From the NCBI GenBank assembly GCA_031552815.1, contig JAVBMG010000004.1, forward strand, positions 13,795 to 77,794: a DNA stretch of 64,000 bases. Reading direction: 5' to 3'. The position numbers and the translations under genes are program-made. Origin of the DNA: Opitutales bacterium. GTDB lineage: Bacteria; Verrucomicrobiota; Verrucomicrobiia; Opitutales; JAVBMG01. Under the pieces are notes generated by a model that saw nothing but the letters and a program-made list of their open reading frames with translations, was not told the origin of the DNA and searched no databases. Shown piece after piece: positions 10,171 through 20,149 of this stretch. Position 1 is the stretch's first letter, and each line of letters starts with the position of its first letter.

Positions 10171-11577
10171 ATGAAAGCTTTCATGGATGAAAATTTCCTG
10201 CTTGATTCCAGATCAGCTCAATACCTTTTCCATAAGCATGCCGCCGGCATGCCGATCATTGATTATCATTGTCATCTGAGTCCTGCGGAGATCGCCCTGG
10301 ACCGGCGCTTTGATAACCTTGGCCAGATATGGCTTGAGGGCGATCACTATAAATGGAGGGCGATGCGCACCAACGGCATTGAAGAACGCTTTTGTACGGG
10401 CAAGGATACATCCGATTGGGAAAAGTTCCAAAAGTGGGCGGAAACGATTCCTTATACCGTGCGTAATCCGCTTTATCACTGGACGCATCTGGAATTACAA
10501 AGGGTTTTCGGAATAAAGACACTTCTGAAGCCGGAAACAGCCAGGGCTATTTTTGATGAATGTACCGAAAAATTGCGTACACCCGAGTACAGCGCACGCA
10601 ACCTGATGAGAAAATTTCATGTGGAAGCGGTATGCACGACAGATGATCCCACCGACTCGCTTGAGCATCATCTTTCTTTGAAAAAGGAAGGGTTCGAAAT
10701 AAAGGTTTTGCCGACCTGGCGTCCTGACAAGGCAATGGCGGTTGAAAATCCTTCGGATTTCCGTGCTTATGTAGAGCGTCTGATGTCCGTATCGGGAGTC
10801 AATATTGTTTCTTTCAGTGACTTGTTGCAGGCCTTGAAAAAGAGGCATGACTTTTTTGAAGCTGCCGGGTGTAAACTGTCCGATCACGGGATGGAAACCT
10901 TTTATGCCGAGGAGTATACCAACTCGGAAATAGACGGTATCTTTAACAAGGTTTTTGGCGGTAAAACGCTTATGCCGGAAGAAATGGCAAAGTTCAAATC
11001 CGCCTTGTTCTTTGAAGGTGCCGTCATGGACTTTGAATCCGGTTGGACGCAGCAGTTTCACTATGGTCCGCTTCGCAACAACAGTACGCGCCTGTTAAAA
11101 AGCGTCGGGCCTGATGCGGGATGCGATTCCATCAGCGATCTGAGTGTGGCCAGGGCGATGTCCCGTTTTTTTGACCGTCTGGACAGCGCCAATAAGTTGG
11201 GTAAGACCATTATTTATAACCTGAATCCTCGGGATAACGCATTGGTTGCCGCAATGGTCGGTAATTTCCAGGACGGTTCTGTTCCCGGTAAAATGCAGTT
11301 TGGTTCGGGATGGTGGTTCCTTGACCAGCAAAAGGGAATGGAGGAGCAGATCAATACCTTGTCAGCACTCGGGCTTTTAAGCCGTTTTGTTGGCATGCTG
11401 ACTGACTCGCGCAGTTTTCTTTCTTACCCGCGTCATGAATATTTCCGTCGTATTTTGTGTAACCTGATTGGTAACGACATTGAAAAAGGATCACTTCCGG
11501 AATCCGAATTAGCATTTTACGGAAAACTGGTAGAAGCTGTTTCCTACAATAATGCCAAGAGCTTTTTTGATTTCTGA
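10171..11577 (+). CDS. uxaC: Glucuronate isomerase
   Basis: The 468-aa product starts FMDENFLL...PIIDYHCHL and ends WWFLDQ...GMLTDSRSFLSY, which is the full-length UxaC pattern. Confidence 0.95.
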   Translation: MKAFMDENFLLDSRSAQYLFHKHAAGMPIIDYHCHLSPAEIALDRRFDNLGQIWLEGDHYKWRAMRTNGIEERFCTGKDTSDWEKFQKWAETIPYTVRNPLYHWTHLELQRVFGIKTLLKPETARAIFDECTEKLRTPEYSARNLMRKFHVEAVCTTDDPTDSLEHHLSLKKEGFEIKVLPTWRPDKAMAVENPSDFRAYVERLMSVSGVNIVSFSDLLQALKKRHDFFEAAGCKLSDHGMETFYAEEYTNSEIDGIFNKVFGGKTLMPEEMAKFKSALFFEGAVMDFESGWTQQFHYGPLRNNSTRLLKSVGPDAGCDSISDLSVARAMSRFFDRLDSANKLGKTIIYNLNPRDNALVAAMVGNFQDGSVPGKMQFGSGWWFLDQQKGMEEQINTLSALGLLSRFVGMLTDSRSFLSYPRHEYFRRILCNLIGNDIEKGSLPESELAFYGKLVEAVSYNNAKSFFDF

Positions 11578-11658
11578 ACAGGGTTCGGAGGAGAGAAGAA
11601 ACGGTTGAAACAACTATCAGCGGATTCAGTTTTAAAAACAATAAACATACAAGATGTC

Positions 11659-12471
11659 ATGAGTAGCTTATTCAGCGTAAAAGAACGTGTGATTGTCCTT
11701 ACGGGAGGAACGGGAGTCCTGGGTTCCTGCATAGCCAAACACCTTGCGGAAGAAGGTGCGAAGGTTGTCATCCTTGCCAGAAAAGAGGAGGTCGGAAAAG
11801 AACTTGTTAATGCGATAAAGGCGAAAGGACAGGAAGCTGCTTTCTTCAAGACAGATGTTCTTAACAGAGAATTCCTTGAAGAAACAAAAGAACAGATACT
11901 GGACGCATACGGTAGCATCGATGTGCTGATCAATGCCGCCGGCGGTAACATGCCGGGAGCCACGATACCGGACGATAAATCCATCTTTGACCTGGATATC
12001 GAATCCATGCGAAAAGTCGTGGATGTGAATTTGTTCGGAACGGTGATCCCGACCATGGTCTTTGCAAAGCCGATGGTTGAGAAAAAAAACGGAAGCATTA
12101 TCAATTTTTCGTCGGAGTCTGCATTACGTCCGCTGACGAGAGTGGTGGGATACGGCGCGGCCAAGGCGGCTGTGGCAAACTTTACGCAATACATGGCCAT
12201 TGAACTGGCCACGAAGTTCGGGGAAGGTTTACGCGTAAATGCCATTGCGCCGGGGTTTTTCCTTTCGGAGCAGAACAAGGCATTGCTTACAAACCCGGAT
12301 GGATCTTATACCGAGCGAGGCAAGAAAATCATTGCGCATACGCCGTTTGCGCGTTTCGGAAAACCGGAGGAACTGCTCGGTTCGATACAATACCTTTGCA
12401 GCGATTCATCCCGGTTTGTTACCGGAACAACGCTGATTGTGGACGGCGGTTTTGACGCCTATTGCATCTGA
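11659..12471 (+). CDS. SDR-family oxidoreductase, probably D-mannonate/fructuronate oxidoreductase (Bacteroides UxuB type)
   Basis: The sequence has the TGGTGVLG Rossmann motif and a YGAAKAA catalytic Tyr-x3-Lys. It lies between uxaC and uxuA. I chose ATG 11659 instead of the ORF-track start at 11605. Confidence 0.7.
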   Translation: MSSLFSVKERVIVLTGGTGVLGSCIAKHLAEEGAKVVILARKEEVGKELVNAIKAKGQEAAFFKTDVLNREFLEETKEQILDAYGSIDVLINAAGGNMPGATIPDDKSIFDLDIESMRKVVDVNLFGTVIPTMVFAKPMVEKKNGSIINFSSESALRPLTRVVGYGAAKAAVANFTQYMAIELATKFGEGLRVNAIAPGFFLSEQNKALLTNPDGSYTERGKKIIAHTPFARFGKPEELLGSIQYLCSDSSRFVTGTTLIVDGGFDAYCI

Positions 12472-12495
12472 CAATAATTTAAACGAGAACGATTT

Positions 12496-13665
12496 ATGCA
12501 TCTTCTAGAACAAACCATGCGCTGGTACGGACCGAATGATCCTGTCAGTCTTTGGGATATCAGACAAGCGGGAGCAAGCGGTATTGTTACGGCATTGCAT
12601 CACATCCGGAACGGCGAAGTGTGGACGGTCGGAGAAATCAGAAAACGAAAGGAAATGATCGAGTCTGCCGGGTTGCGCTGGTCCGTCGTCGAGAGTGTTC
12701 CCGTCCATGAGCATATAAAGACGCAGGAGGGAGACTACAAAACGTATGTGGAAAACTATAAGACCAGTCTCAAAAACCTGGCATCCTGCGGTATCCTGAC
12801 GGTAACCTATAATTTTATGCCGGTTATCGATTGGACGCGTACGGATCTTGCCTATACCTTGCCTGATGGCTCCAAGGCTCTTCGTTTTGACAAAGCGGAG
12901 TTTTCCGCCTTTGATCTGTTCATCCTTAAACGGCCTCATGCGGAAAAGGATTACACGCAAGAAGAAATCGAGAAGGCAAAACAGTGTTTTGCGGCCATGA
13001 AGGAGGAGGACAAGGTACGATTGACCAATAATATCATCGCCGGACTTCCCGGGGCGGAAGAGAGTTTTACATTGGGAGAATTCCAGAGACAGTTGGACAG
13101 ATATACCCATGTGGATGAAAAAAGGCTGCGCTCAAATCTGATTGATTTTCTGAAGGCGATTTGTCCGATTGCCGATGAAGCCGGCATTAACCTGGTGATC
13201 CATCCGGATGATCCTCCGTATTCGGTGCTTGGTTTACCCAGAGTGATGAGCACGGAAAATGATTTTCTTGAAATCGTCAAAGCGGTTCCGAATAAATCAA
13301 ACGGACTTTGTTTTTGCACCGGCTCATTCGGTGTGCGTGCAGACAATGGTCTTCCGGGAATGGTAGAAAGGCTGGGAGACCGAATCCATTTCGTCCATTT
13401 GCGTTCGACGGAACGGGACGCAGAGGGTAATTTCTTTGAGGCAAACCATCTGGAAGGAGATGTCGATATGTACAGTGTCATGAAACAGCTCTATCTGGTT
13501 CAGAGGCGGAGAAAGGTCTCTATTCCTATGCGCCCGGATCACGGACACCAGATGATTGATGATCTGAAGAAGAAGACAAATCCGGGTTATTCGTGTATCG
13601 GGCGTTTGCGTGGCCTCGCTGAACTCCGCGGCCTTGAAATGGGAATCGCAAAATCATTGGAATGA
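12496..13665 (+). CDS. uxuA: Mannonate dehydratase
   Basis: The N-terminus [23 protein letters not shown] parallels E. coli Uxu[17 protein letters not shown], and the 389-aa length fits. Confidence 0.95.
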   Translation: MHLLEQTMRWYGPNDPVSLWDIRQAGASGIVTALHHIRNGEVWTVGEIRKRKEMIESAGLRWSVVESVPVHEHIKTQEGDYKTYVENYKTSLKNLASCGILTVTYNFMPVIDWTRTDLAYTLPDGSKALRFDKAEFSAFDLFILKRPHAEKDYTQEEIEKAKQCFAAMKEEDKVRLTNNIIAGLPGAEESFTLGEFQRQLDRYTHVDEKRLRSNLIDFLKAICPIADEAGINLVIHPDDPPYSVLGLPRVMSTENDFLEIVKAVPNKSNGLCFCTGSFGVRADNGLPGMVERLGDRIHFVHLRSTERDAEGNFFEANHLEGDVDMYSVMKQLYLVQRRRKVSIPMRPDHGHQMIDDLKKKTNPGYSCIGRLRGLAELRGLEMGIAKSLE

Positions 13666-13694
13666 GAATCTGATAACTTTAAACATCAAAAATT

Positions 13695-14735
13695 ATGGGA
13701 AAAATAATAACGTTTGGGGAGATTATGCTCCGCTTGGCCACGCCGGGTTTTTTGCGTTTTAACCAGGCACAGGAATTGTCAGCAACTTTTGGAGGAGGAG
13801 AGGCAAATGTCGCGGTCTCGCTCGCCAATTACGGATTGAAAACAGATTTTGTGACGCGTTTGCCGAAGAATGATATTGCGCGCTCATGCGTGATGAATCT
13901 TCGCAGTTACGGTGTAGGTACGGACAACATTGTCTATGGCGGCGAACGCATGGGCATTTATTTCCTGGAAACGGGCGCGGTCGCGCGGGCAAGCAAAGTG
14001 GTTTATGACAGGGCGCATTCATCCATCTCTGAGATCCGGCCGGGAATGGTCGCATGGGAAAAAGTATTCCAGGGCGCACAATGGTTTCATTGGACGGGAA
14101 TAACGCCTGCGGTTTCGCAATCTGCGGCAGAGGCATGCATTGAGGCAATTACTGTTGCCAATAAGCTTGGGATAACGGTTTCCTGCGACCTGAATTACCG
14201 CAAGAATCTTTGGAAGTACGGGAAAAAAGCATCCGAGGTTATGCCGGAATTGGTTGCGGGATGTGACGTTATCCTGGGTAATGAAGAAGATGCGGAGAAA
14301 GTATTCGGCATAAAGCCGGAGGGATTTGATGCTGCCGCTACCGGCGGCCACGTTGATGCTGCGGCCTTTGAATCTGTCTGTACGCAATTAATGAAACGTT
14401 TTCCGCGTTGTAAAAAAGCCATCATCACGTTGCGTGGCAGTATCAATGCGAACCACAATACATGGGGTGGGGTGCTTTATGACTGCAAACAGTTGTATCA
14501 GTCCCCGACATACGATATCACACACATTGTTGATCGTGTCGGCGGCGGGGATTCGTTCATGGGCGGACTGATTTATGGACTGATCACTTATCCGGAAGAC
14601 AATCAAAAAGCGCTGAACTTCGCGGTTGCGGCATCGTGCCTGAAGCATACGATTTACGGGGATTTCAACCAGGTTTCCGTGGAGGAAGTCGAATCGTTGA
14701 TGAAAGGCGATGGTTCAGGCCGGGTAAACCGATAA
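13695..14735 (+). CDS. kdgK: 2-dehydro-3-deoxygluconokinase (PfkB family)
   Basis: The sequence shows [22 protein letters not shown] and the PfkB signature [16 protein letters not shown]. The genomic context supports the call. Confidence 0.85.
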   Translation: MGKIITFGEIMLRLATPGFLRFNQAQELSATFGGGEANVAVSLANYGLKTDFVTRLPKNDIARSCVMNLRSYGVGTDNIVYGGERMGIYFLETGAVARASKVVYDRAHSSISEIRPGMVAWEKVFQGAQWFHWTGITPAVSQSAAEACIEAITVANKLGITVSCDLNYRKNLWKYGKKASEVMPELVAGCDVILGNEEDAEKVFGIKPEGFDAAATGGHVDAAAFESVCTQLMKRFPRCKKAIITLRGSINANHNTWGGVLYDCKQLYQSPTYDITHIVDRVGGGDSFMGGLIYGLITYPEDNQKALNFAVAASCLKHTIYGDFNQVSVEEVESLMKGDGSGRVNR

Positions 14736-14755
14736 TCACAAACCAAACAAGACTT

Positions 14756-15424
14756 ATGAGATTTTCACGCATACAGGTAGCTTTGACAATGGAATCAACA
14801 GGGATGATTCCTGTGTTTTACAATAAGGACGTAGAAACATGCCAGCGCGTAATCAGCGCTTGTTATCATGGCGGGGTCCGTGTATTTGAATTTACAAACC
14901 GGGGGGACTTTGCCCACGAGGTTTTTGCGGAATTAAGCAAATGGATCATCAAGGCATGCCCGGAAATGATTCTTGGCGTGGGTTCAGTCGTGGAAGCGGG
15001 AACAGCATCATTATATATGCAACTTGGAGCAAACTTCATTGTTTCGCCGATCCTTAATCCGGAAATGGCAAAAGTCTGTAACCGGCGTAAGGTAGCATGG
15101 AGTCCGGGTTGCGGTTCGCTCAACGAAATTTCCTATGCGGAGGAATTAGGAGCGGAAATCGTGAAGATTTTTCCGGGATCTTCTGTCGGAGGTCCGTCAT
15201 TCGTGAAAGCGATCAAAGGTCCGTGTCCCTGGACTAAAATCATGCCGACAGGCGGTGTTGAACCTACTGAGGAAAACCTGAAAGCGTGGTTTGATGCGGG
15301 AGTTACCTGTGTGGGAATGGGATCGAATCTATTTCCCTCCGATGTGATAGCAAGAAACGAATACGAGAAGGTTTCCCTGCTTTGTGCGAGTGTTCTTGAT
15401 ATCATTAAACGAATCAGAAAATAA
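14756..15424 (+). CDS. eda: KDPG/KHG aldolase
   Basis: I set the start at ATG 14756. The sequence has [14 protein letters not shown] and IMPTGGV segments and closes the uronate cluster. Confidence 0.85.
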   Translation: MRFSRIQVALTMESTGMIPVFYNKDVETCQRVISACYHGGVRVFEFTNRGDFAHEVFAELSKWIIKACPEMILGVGSVVEAGTASLYMQLGANFIVSPILNPEMAKVCNRRKVAWSPGCGSLNEISYAEELGAEIVKIFPGSSVGGPSFVKAIKGPCPWTKIMPTGGVEPTEENLKAWFDAGVTCVGMGSNLFPSDVIARNEYEKVSLLCASVLDIIKRIRK

Positions 15425-15442
15425 TAATCGTTTAAATGAATT

Positions 15443-15470
15443 AAAAAGCCCGCTTTATTGCGGGCTTTTT
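15443..15470. terminator. Bidirectional rho-independent terminator between eda (+) and tatA (-)
   Basis: The structure is aaaaa-gcccgc (15448-15453), loop tttatt, gcgggc (15460-15465), then ttttt. An A-run on the left and a T-run on the right serve both strands. Confidence 0.85.
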
Positions 15471-15482
15471 CAGTTTAAAGTT

Positions 15483-15737
15483 TTATTCTTTATCTTTTTG
15501 GTCATCTGATTCGATGGCCTTTTTCTCTGCTTTTTTTTCTGAGGCTTTTTTCTCTTCCTCATCGTCATCATCTTCGGATGCTGCCTTCTTGAATTCCTTG
15601 ATGGATTTTCCGACACCTTTGGCAAGTTCAGGTAATTTGCTGCCTCCGAAGAGCAGGACAATCACAAATAATACGGCAACCAAAACCCATGGGCTTAGCA
15701 TGGCCAAGGAGGGCAGGTAATGAGATGTTTCGTTCAT
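15483..15737 (-). CDS. tatA: Twin-arginine translocase subunit TatA/E
   Basis: The sequence WVLVAVLFVIVLLFGGSKLPELAKGVGKSIKEFKKA is followed by an acidic/lysine tail. The true start may be the internal Met at 15701. Confidence 0.85.
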   Translation of the reverse strand: MNETSHYLPSLAMLSPWVLVAVLFVIVLLFGGSKLPELAKGVGKSIKEFKKAASEDDDDEEEKKASEKKAEKKAIESDDQKDKE

Positions 15738-15779
15738 ACGTTTAAAACTAAATTTAAGTTATGTTTAAGCAAGTCTGAA

Positions 15780-16157
15780 TTAATTTTCGGTGTTGTCCAC
15801 GATCCGGTCATTAGGGAGCGGTATTCCTTCCTGAATGTCATACGCAACCGTGTTTACCCGTTTGGTTATTTCCTGTGAGAGGTTAAGCACCGAGACCGTC
15901 TCATAGTTTTCATTTTTTACCGACAGTTTTTTGGGCGGTAACATGGAACGGTGAAATTCAACAATGGCAAAATGCAATTCCTCATCGACATCCGTTATTT
16001 TTCCGATGACCTGGCGCTCGGCAACCTGGACATTTGTTTTCGGGGAGTTGTCGGGTATGGTTTCACATGAAACGGATATGAGAGAGAGATAAACAACGAA
16101 TCCGCAGGCTGTTGCTTTGCGGAATCGTGTGAATTTATCTGATTCTCCGAAAATCAT
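15780..16157 (-). CDS. Small putative lipoprotein, function unknown
   Basis: A hydrophobic leader ends in SVSC, which is lipobox-like. The start forms an ATGA overlap with the rpoD stop (16154-16157). Confidence 0.5.
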   Translation of the reverse strand: MIFGESDKFTRFRKATACGFVVYLSLISVSCETIPDNSPKTNVQVAERQVIGKITDVDEELHFAIVEFHRSMLPPKKLSVKNENYETVSVLNLSQEITKRVNTVAYDIQEGIPLPNDRIVDNTEN

Positions 16158-18256
16158 TCGTCCTTTGATTTTATGAAGGTCGCGAATCCCGGTTTGTTCA
16201 TCATGCTCGGGTCTGCGTCAAAGAATCCGTGCAGCTGCCGCATACGGGTTGGGTGACGCATCTTGCGCAAAGCCTTTGCCTCAATCTGGCGAATACGTTC
16301 GCGGGTAACATCAAATTGTTTCCCTACTTCTTCCAGGGTACGGCTGTAACCGTCTGCAAGACCGAAACGGAGTTCAAGAACCTTGCGTTCGCGTTCGGTC
16401 AGACTTTCCAGAACATCGCCGATTTTCTCACGGAGCAACGCGTACGCTGTCATGTCGTAAGGATTTTCCGCGCTCTTGTCTTCAATGAAATCACCGAAAG
16501 TGGTGTCGTCGCTGTCACCAACGCTTGTCTGGAGCGAGATTGGCTGTTGTGCCATCTTCATGATGGTCTGGACACGCTCAACAGGCATATCCATTTCTTC
16601 CGCAACTTCTTCGGCTGTGGGTTCATGTCCGAGTTCCTGAAGCAATTGTTTTTGTACCTGCATCACCTTGTTGAGTGTTTCGATCATGTGAACAGGGATA
16701 CGGATCGTACGGGCCTGATCAGCGATGGAACGGGTGATTGCCTGGCGTATCCACCAGGTAGCATACGTGGAAAACTTATAACCGCGGCGGTATTCAAATT
16801 TTTCAACGGCTTTCATCAGGCCCATGTTTCCTTCCTGAATCAGGTCAAGGAAAGACAAACCTCTGTTGGTGTATTTTTTGGCGATGGAAATAACCAGGCG
16901 GAGATTGGATTCGACCATTTCCGTTTTTGCCGTGTTTGCTTCACGGATGGCTTTTCTTACTTCATAAATGGTTGAAACAAGAAGAACCGGTTCAATGCGG
17001 TGTTCCTGGCGAATATGTTCGTAAAACTCCTTAACCTGCTTTTCTGTGATATTTGCCTGTTGCGCTTTGCGGGCATTTATCTTTGCGAGGATACCGCGCT
17101 GGTTTTTATCGGTAAGCACCTGGTATTCTTCGATCTTGTAAATGATCGGCATTATTTCCTGGATATACTCATCAAAGAGTTTCAGTTTGAAACAAAACCG
17201 TTTGAAGACGTTCTTTATTTCTTCCTGCAGGGTTGTCAGTTTCTTTTCCAGCTTTGCTTTATTTGCCTGAGGTGCCGACAGGAATTCAATCCATGTCTTG
17301 GCGATTTTTTCCTCAATTTCCTTTGCCTGTTCAATCTGTTTCTCCAGGCTGTTGAAATATTTCTCGCGGGACTCAACTTTTTTATCAAGCACAATGCGGT
17401 CAAAGCGTTCTTCGCGCTTAAGCAATTTTTCCGCGGTTTCTATCTGGAATTTGTTGGTGAGTCGGGTGTTGAAGAGGGCTTCCAGACCGCTCATTTCCGC
17501 CCTTTCGATACGCTTGGAAATCGCAACTTCCTGTTCGCGGGTGAGAAGGGGAACCTGTCCCATTTGTTTCAGGTACATGCGGACAGGATCATCGACAATA
17601 TCCGTTCCCTGCATCTGGGATGCCTCGTCTTTTTCGTCAATACGGGCCTTATACTGTTCCAACTCATCTTCGTCGATAATCTCAATATCGAGATTTTCAA
17701 GGATACTGAGCATGTTCTCAAGATCGCTTGTGTTATCGATGGTATGAGGGAGGAATAAATTTACGTCATTATAGGTGAGGTAACCTTGAGCCTTGCCGAA
17801 ACGGATCAACTCCTTTGTACGTATGTCCAGAGGTGCGTTTGGATTAACGACGGGCCGTTTTTCAACGACTGGTTCGGCTTCCTTGTTCTTGGGTTTTCTT
17901 CCGCGTTTTTTCGGTTCTTTGGCAGGGACATCCTGTGGCACCAGGATAGTGACCACTTCCGGTTTTGCCGGAGTTTTTTCTTTTGCCGGAACCGGAGTAA
18001 GCGTTTTGGGTGCTTTTACCTGCAAGTCCTTGGACTTCTTTGCCGGTAACGGTTTCTTTGCGGGCGCTTCTTGTTTTTTAGCTACCTTTTTCTTTTGAGG
18101 CGCCGGGGTTTTAGGCTTTGCAGAAACCTTCTTTGTCGGAGCTGAGGTTTTGGACACCTTCTTCGCAGCAGGAGATTTAGCCTTAGCAACAGGTTTCTTG
18201 ACCGGTTTCTTTTCGGCTTTTACATGCTTGTTTCCTTTTTTGTTTTTTGCGACCAT
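16154..18256 (-). CDS. rpoD: Primary RNA polymerase sigma factor (sigma-70) with a lysine-rich N-terminal extension
   Basis: The sequence has [54 protein letters not shown] (region 2) and a region 4 segment [28 protein letters not shown]. The first ~140 aa are K/A/P-rich. Confidence 0.95.
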   Translation of the reverse strand: MVAKNKKGNKHVKAEKKPVKKPVAKAKSPAAKKVSKTSAPTKKVSAKPKTPAPQKKKVAKKQEAPAKKPLPAKKSKDLQVKAPKTLTPVPAKEKTPAKPEVVTILVPQDVPAKEPKKRGRKPKNKEAEPVVEKRPVVNPNAPLDIRTKELIRFGKAQGYLTYNDVNLFLPHTIDNTSDLENMLSILENLDIEIIDEDELEQYKARIDEKDEASQMQGTDIVDDPVRMYLKQMGQVPLLTREQEVAISKRIERAEMSGLEALFNTRLTNKFQIETAEKLLKREERFDRIVLDKKVESREKYFNSLEKQIEQAKEIEEKIAKTWIEFLSAPQANKAKLEKKLTTLQEEIKNVFKRFCFKLKLFDEYIQEIMPIIYKIEEYQVLTDKNQRGILAKINARKAQQANITEKQVKEFYEHIRQEHRIEPVLLVSTIYEVRKAIREANTAKTEMVESNLRLVISIAKKYTNRGLSFLDLIQEGNMGLMKAVEKFEYRRGYKFSTYATWWIRQAITRSIADQARTIRIPVHMIETLNKVMQVQKQLLQELGHEPTAEEVAEEMDMPVERVQTIMKMAQQPISLQTSVGDSDDTTFGDFIEDKSAENPYDMTAYALLREKIGDVLESLTERERKVLELRFGLADGYSRTLEEVGKQFDVTRERIRQIEAKALRKMRHPTRMRQLHGFFDADPSMMNKPGFATFIKSKDE

Positions 18257-18283
18257 ATGAAGCTGTTCTTAATTTAAAGTTTT

Positions 18284-20146
18284 TTAAAATGATTCGGGAA
18301 TCGTCCTCAGAGCGTTGTCTGCCAATTTGATTACTTCCTGAAGATTCTTTAGTTCTTCCATGTTACTGCTATCAAGACGTGACATTTTACGCATGGCATT
18401 TTCCCTCAGGTTGCTGAAATGTTTTTTATATATGTCTTTGATGCAATCGTTTGCCAATTTCTCCATGTTTGCATTGGGGATACTGACACTGGTGCATAGG
18501 TAATAGATTTTTTGCTCTTCTTCCGTTTCCCATAAATCGGAGTGATCTGCATGAGAATCCCATAGCCCTTCTTTTATCTCAGCGAGAATACGACCGAGCA
18601 TTTTGCCGGCCGGTTTATTTGAGAGCCAAGCGGCATCCAGTTTCTTTGTGCACGATTCCCCGATTTCTTCATGATTTAAAACAATCCAAAGTAAGACCTC
18701 TTCTTGGGTTGTCAAACCGTTTTGGACTTTTGGATCAATGAAGGCATTTTGTCGGTTATCAGCCTGAACTTCCTGTTTCTGTGTGACAATTTGTCGTTGC
18801 TTGAATTTCTCAAAATTGGCGTAAATAAGATCGTCCCGAATATTGAAGAATTTTTGTCCGATTTTTGTAATGTGTTCTCGGGCGGTAAACGGATTTTTTA
18901 TTTCGGAAAATAACTCAAAAATAGCTTCCAGGGCCTGGTCTTTTTCCATAGCGGAGGCGGCAGTCAAATCCGGCAGAAGCGATTTTATGAAAAAGTCGAT
19001 TCCGGGAGTGGCATTTTTCCGTAATGCATCAAGCGCAGTTTTGCCTTCTCGGCTGAAAAGACTGTCAGGGTCTTCCTTTGGGGGAAGGACGAGGCAATCG
19101 ACATCCAACTCCGCCGGAACCGCAAGTTTAATAAGCCTGATCGCGGCTTTTTGTCCGGCGCTGTCCCCATCCAGCAAACATTCCAGTTTTCCGGTAAAGC
19201 GTTTGATCAGCCTGAGCTGGGTATCGGTAATGGCTGTCCCTTGGGGAGCGATGGCATTGGTTATGCCGCAGCTATGACAGCGGATGGCGTCCAGTTGTCC
19301 CTCGACCAGAAGGGCAGGCATATTTTTCTCCTTTGAGAGCGTACTTTTGGCACGGTCCAGGTTAAAGAGCTGTTGGCCCTTGGTAAATACAGGCGTTTCG
19401 GGCGAATTGATGTACTTGGCTTCCTCGCTGGCATGATCGTTTGGCGTGAGCGCTGTTTTTCTGGCGGTAAAGGCGATCACCCGGCCTTGAATATCCCTGA
19501 TGGGAATCATCAGACGGCCGCGGAAGCGCGCTGACAGTTGCTGTATTCGTTTTGTGTTTTGCGGGCCGTAAAATATCCCGCATTTGAGCATGGCTTCCAG
19601 GGATATCTGTTTGCGTTCGAGACAGGCCACCAGGAGGTTGCCGTCGACGGGTGCAAATCCTATTTTGTAATCCTTCGCTGTTTCCAGTTCAAAGCGGCGT
19701 TCTTTCACCCAATAATTACGCATTGTTTCAGCGGCAGCATTGTTTGCCATGAATTGCTCATGAAAAAATTGTGTAGCCAGTTCATGGATGAGATAGAGTT
19801 CTTTGCGCAGGCTGGGTTTTTCATCCATGCTACCGCCCTGGTGTTTTTCTTCATATTCAAGGGGAATATTGTATTTATTCGCAATGAATTCGACTGCTTC
19901 CGAAAAATTCAAATGTTCCATTTGCTGGATGAACTTAAACATGTCACCCCCTTGACCGGTACTGAAACAATAATACAATCCCTTTGTCTGGTTAACAAAG
20001 AAAGAGGGTGTTTTTTCGGTGGTGAAGGGGCTCAGTCCTTTCCATGTTGATCCGGACCGCCGCAATTGGACGTAATTGGAAACCAGATCAACAAGATCCA
20101 CGGAGTTCCGAATCTTGTCTATACAGGAACGCTTGACAAGCGGCAT
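18284..20146 (-). CDS. dnaG: DNA primase
   Basis: The N-terminal EKTPSFFV...YYCF..GQGGD segment corresponds to the zinc-binding domain, but with substituted ligands. A TOPRIM region (LLVEGQLDAIR, LLDGDSAGQKA) is present. The gene sits directly upstream of rpoD. Confidence 0.9.
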   Translation of the reverse strand: MPLVKRSCIDKIRNSVDLVDLVSNYVQLRRSGSTWKGLSPFTTEKTPSFFVNQTKGLYYCFSTGQGGDMFKFIQQMEHLNFSEAVEFIANKYNIPLEYEEKHQGGSMDEKPSLRKELYLIHELATQFFHEQFMANNAAAETMRNYWVKERRFELETAKDYKIGFAPVDGNLLVACLERKQISLEAMLKCGIFYGPQNTKRIQQLSARFRGRLMIPIRDIQGRVIAFTARKTALTPNDHASEEAKYINSPETPVFTKGQQLFNLDRAKSTLSKEKNMPALLVEGQLDAIRCHSCGITNAIAPQGTAITDTQLRLIKRFTGKLECLLDGDSAGQKAAIRLIKLAVPAELDVDCLVLPPKEDPDSLFSREGKTALDALRKNATPGIDFFIKSLLPDLTAASAMEKDQALEAIFELFSEIKNPFTAREHITKIGQKFFNIRDDLIYANFEKFKQRQIVTQKQEVQADNRQNAFIDPKVQNGLTTQEEVLLWIVLNHEEIGESCTKKLDAAWLSNKPAGKMLGRILAEIKEGLWDSHADHSDLWETEEEQKIYYLCTSVSIPNANMEKLANDCIKDIYKKHFSNLRENAMRKMSRLDSSNMEELKNLQEVIKLADNALRTIPESF

Positions 20147-20149
20147 AGT

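Noticed and set aside
11544-12278. A 244-aa minus-strand ORF overlaps the SDR oxidoreductase gene.
   Set aside because: It is a shadow ORF with no motifs. The plus-strand frame has the Rossmann TGGTGVLG motif and the catalytic YxxxK.
16229-17758. Two long plus-strand ORFs (248 and 252 aa), plus a third of 149 aa, lie antisense to rpoD.
   Set aside because: Their Phe/Leu-rich translations are what the reverse complement of K/E-rich sigma-factor codons would give. They have no start context and no motifs, and rpoD on the minus strand is certain.
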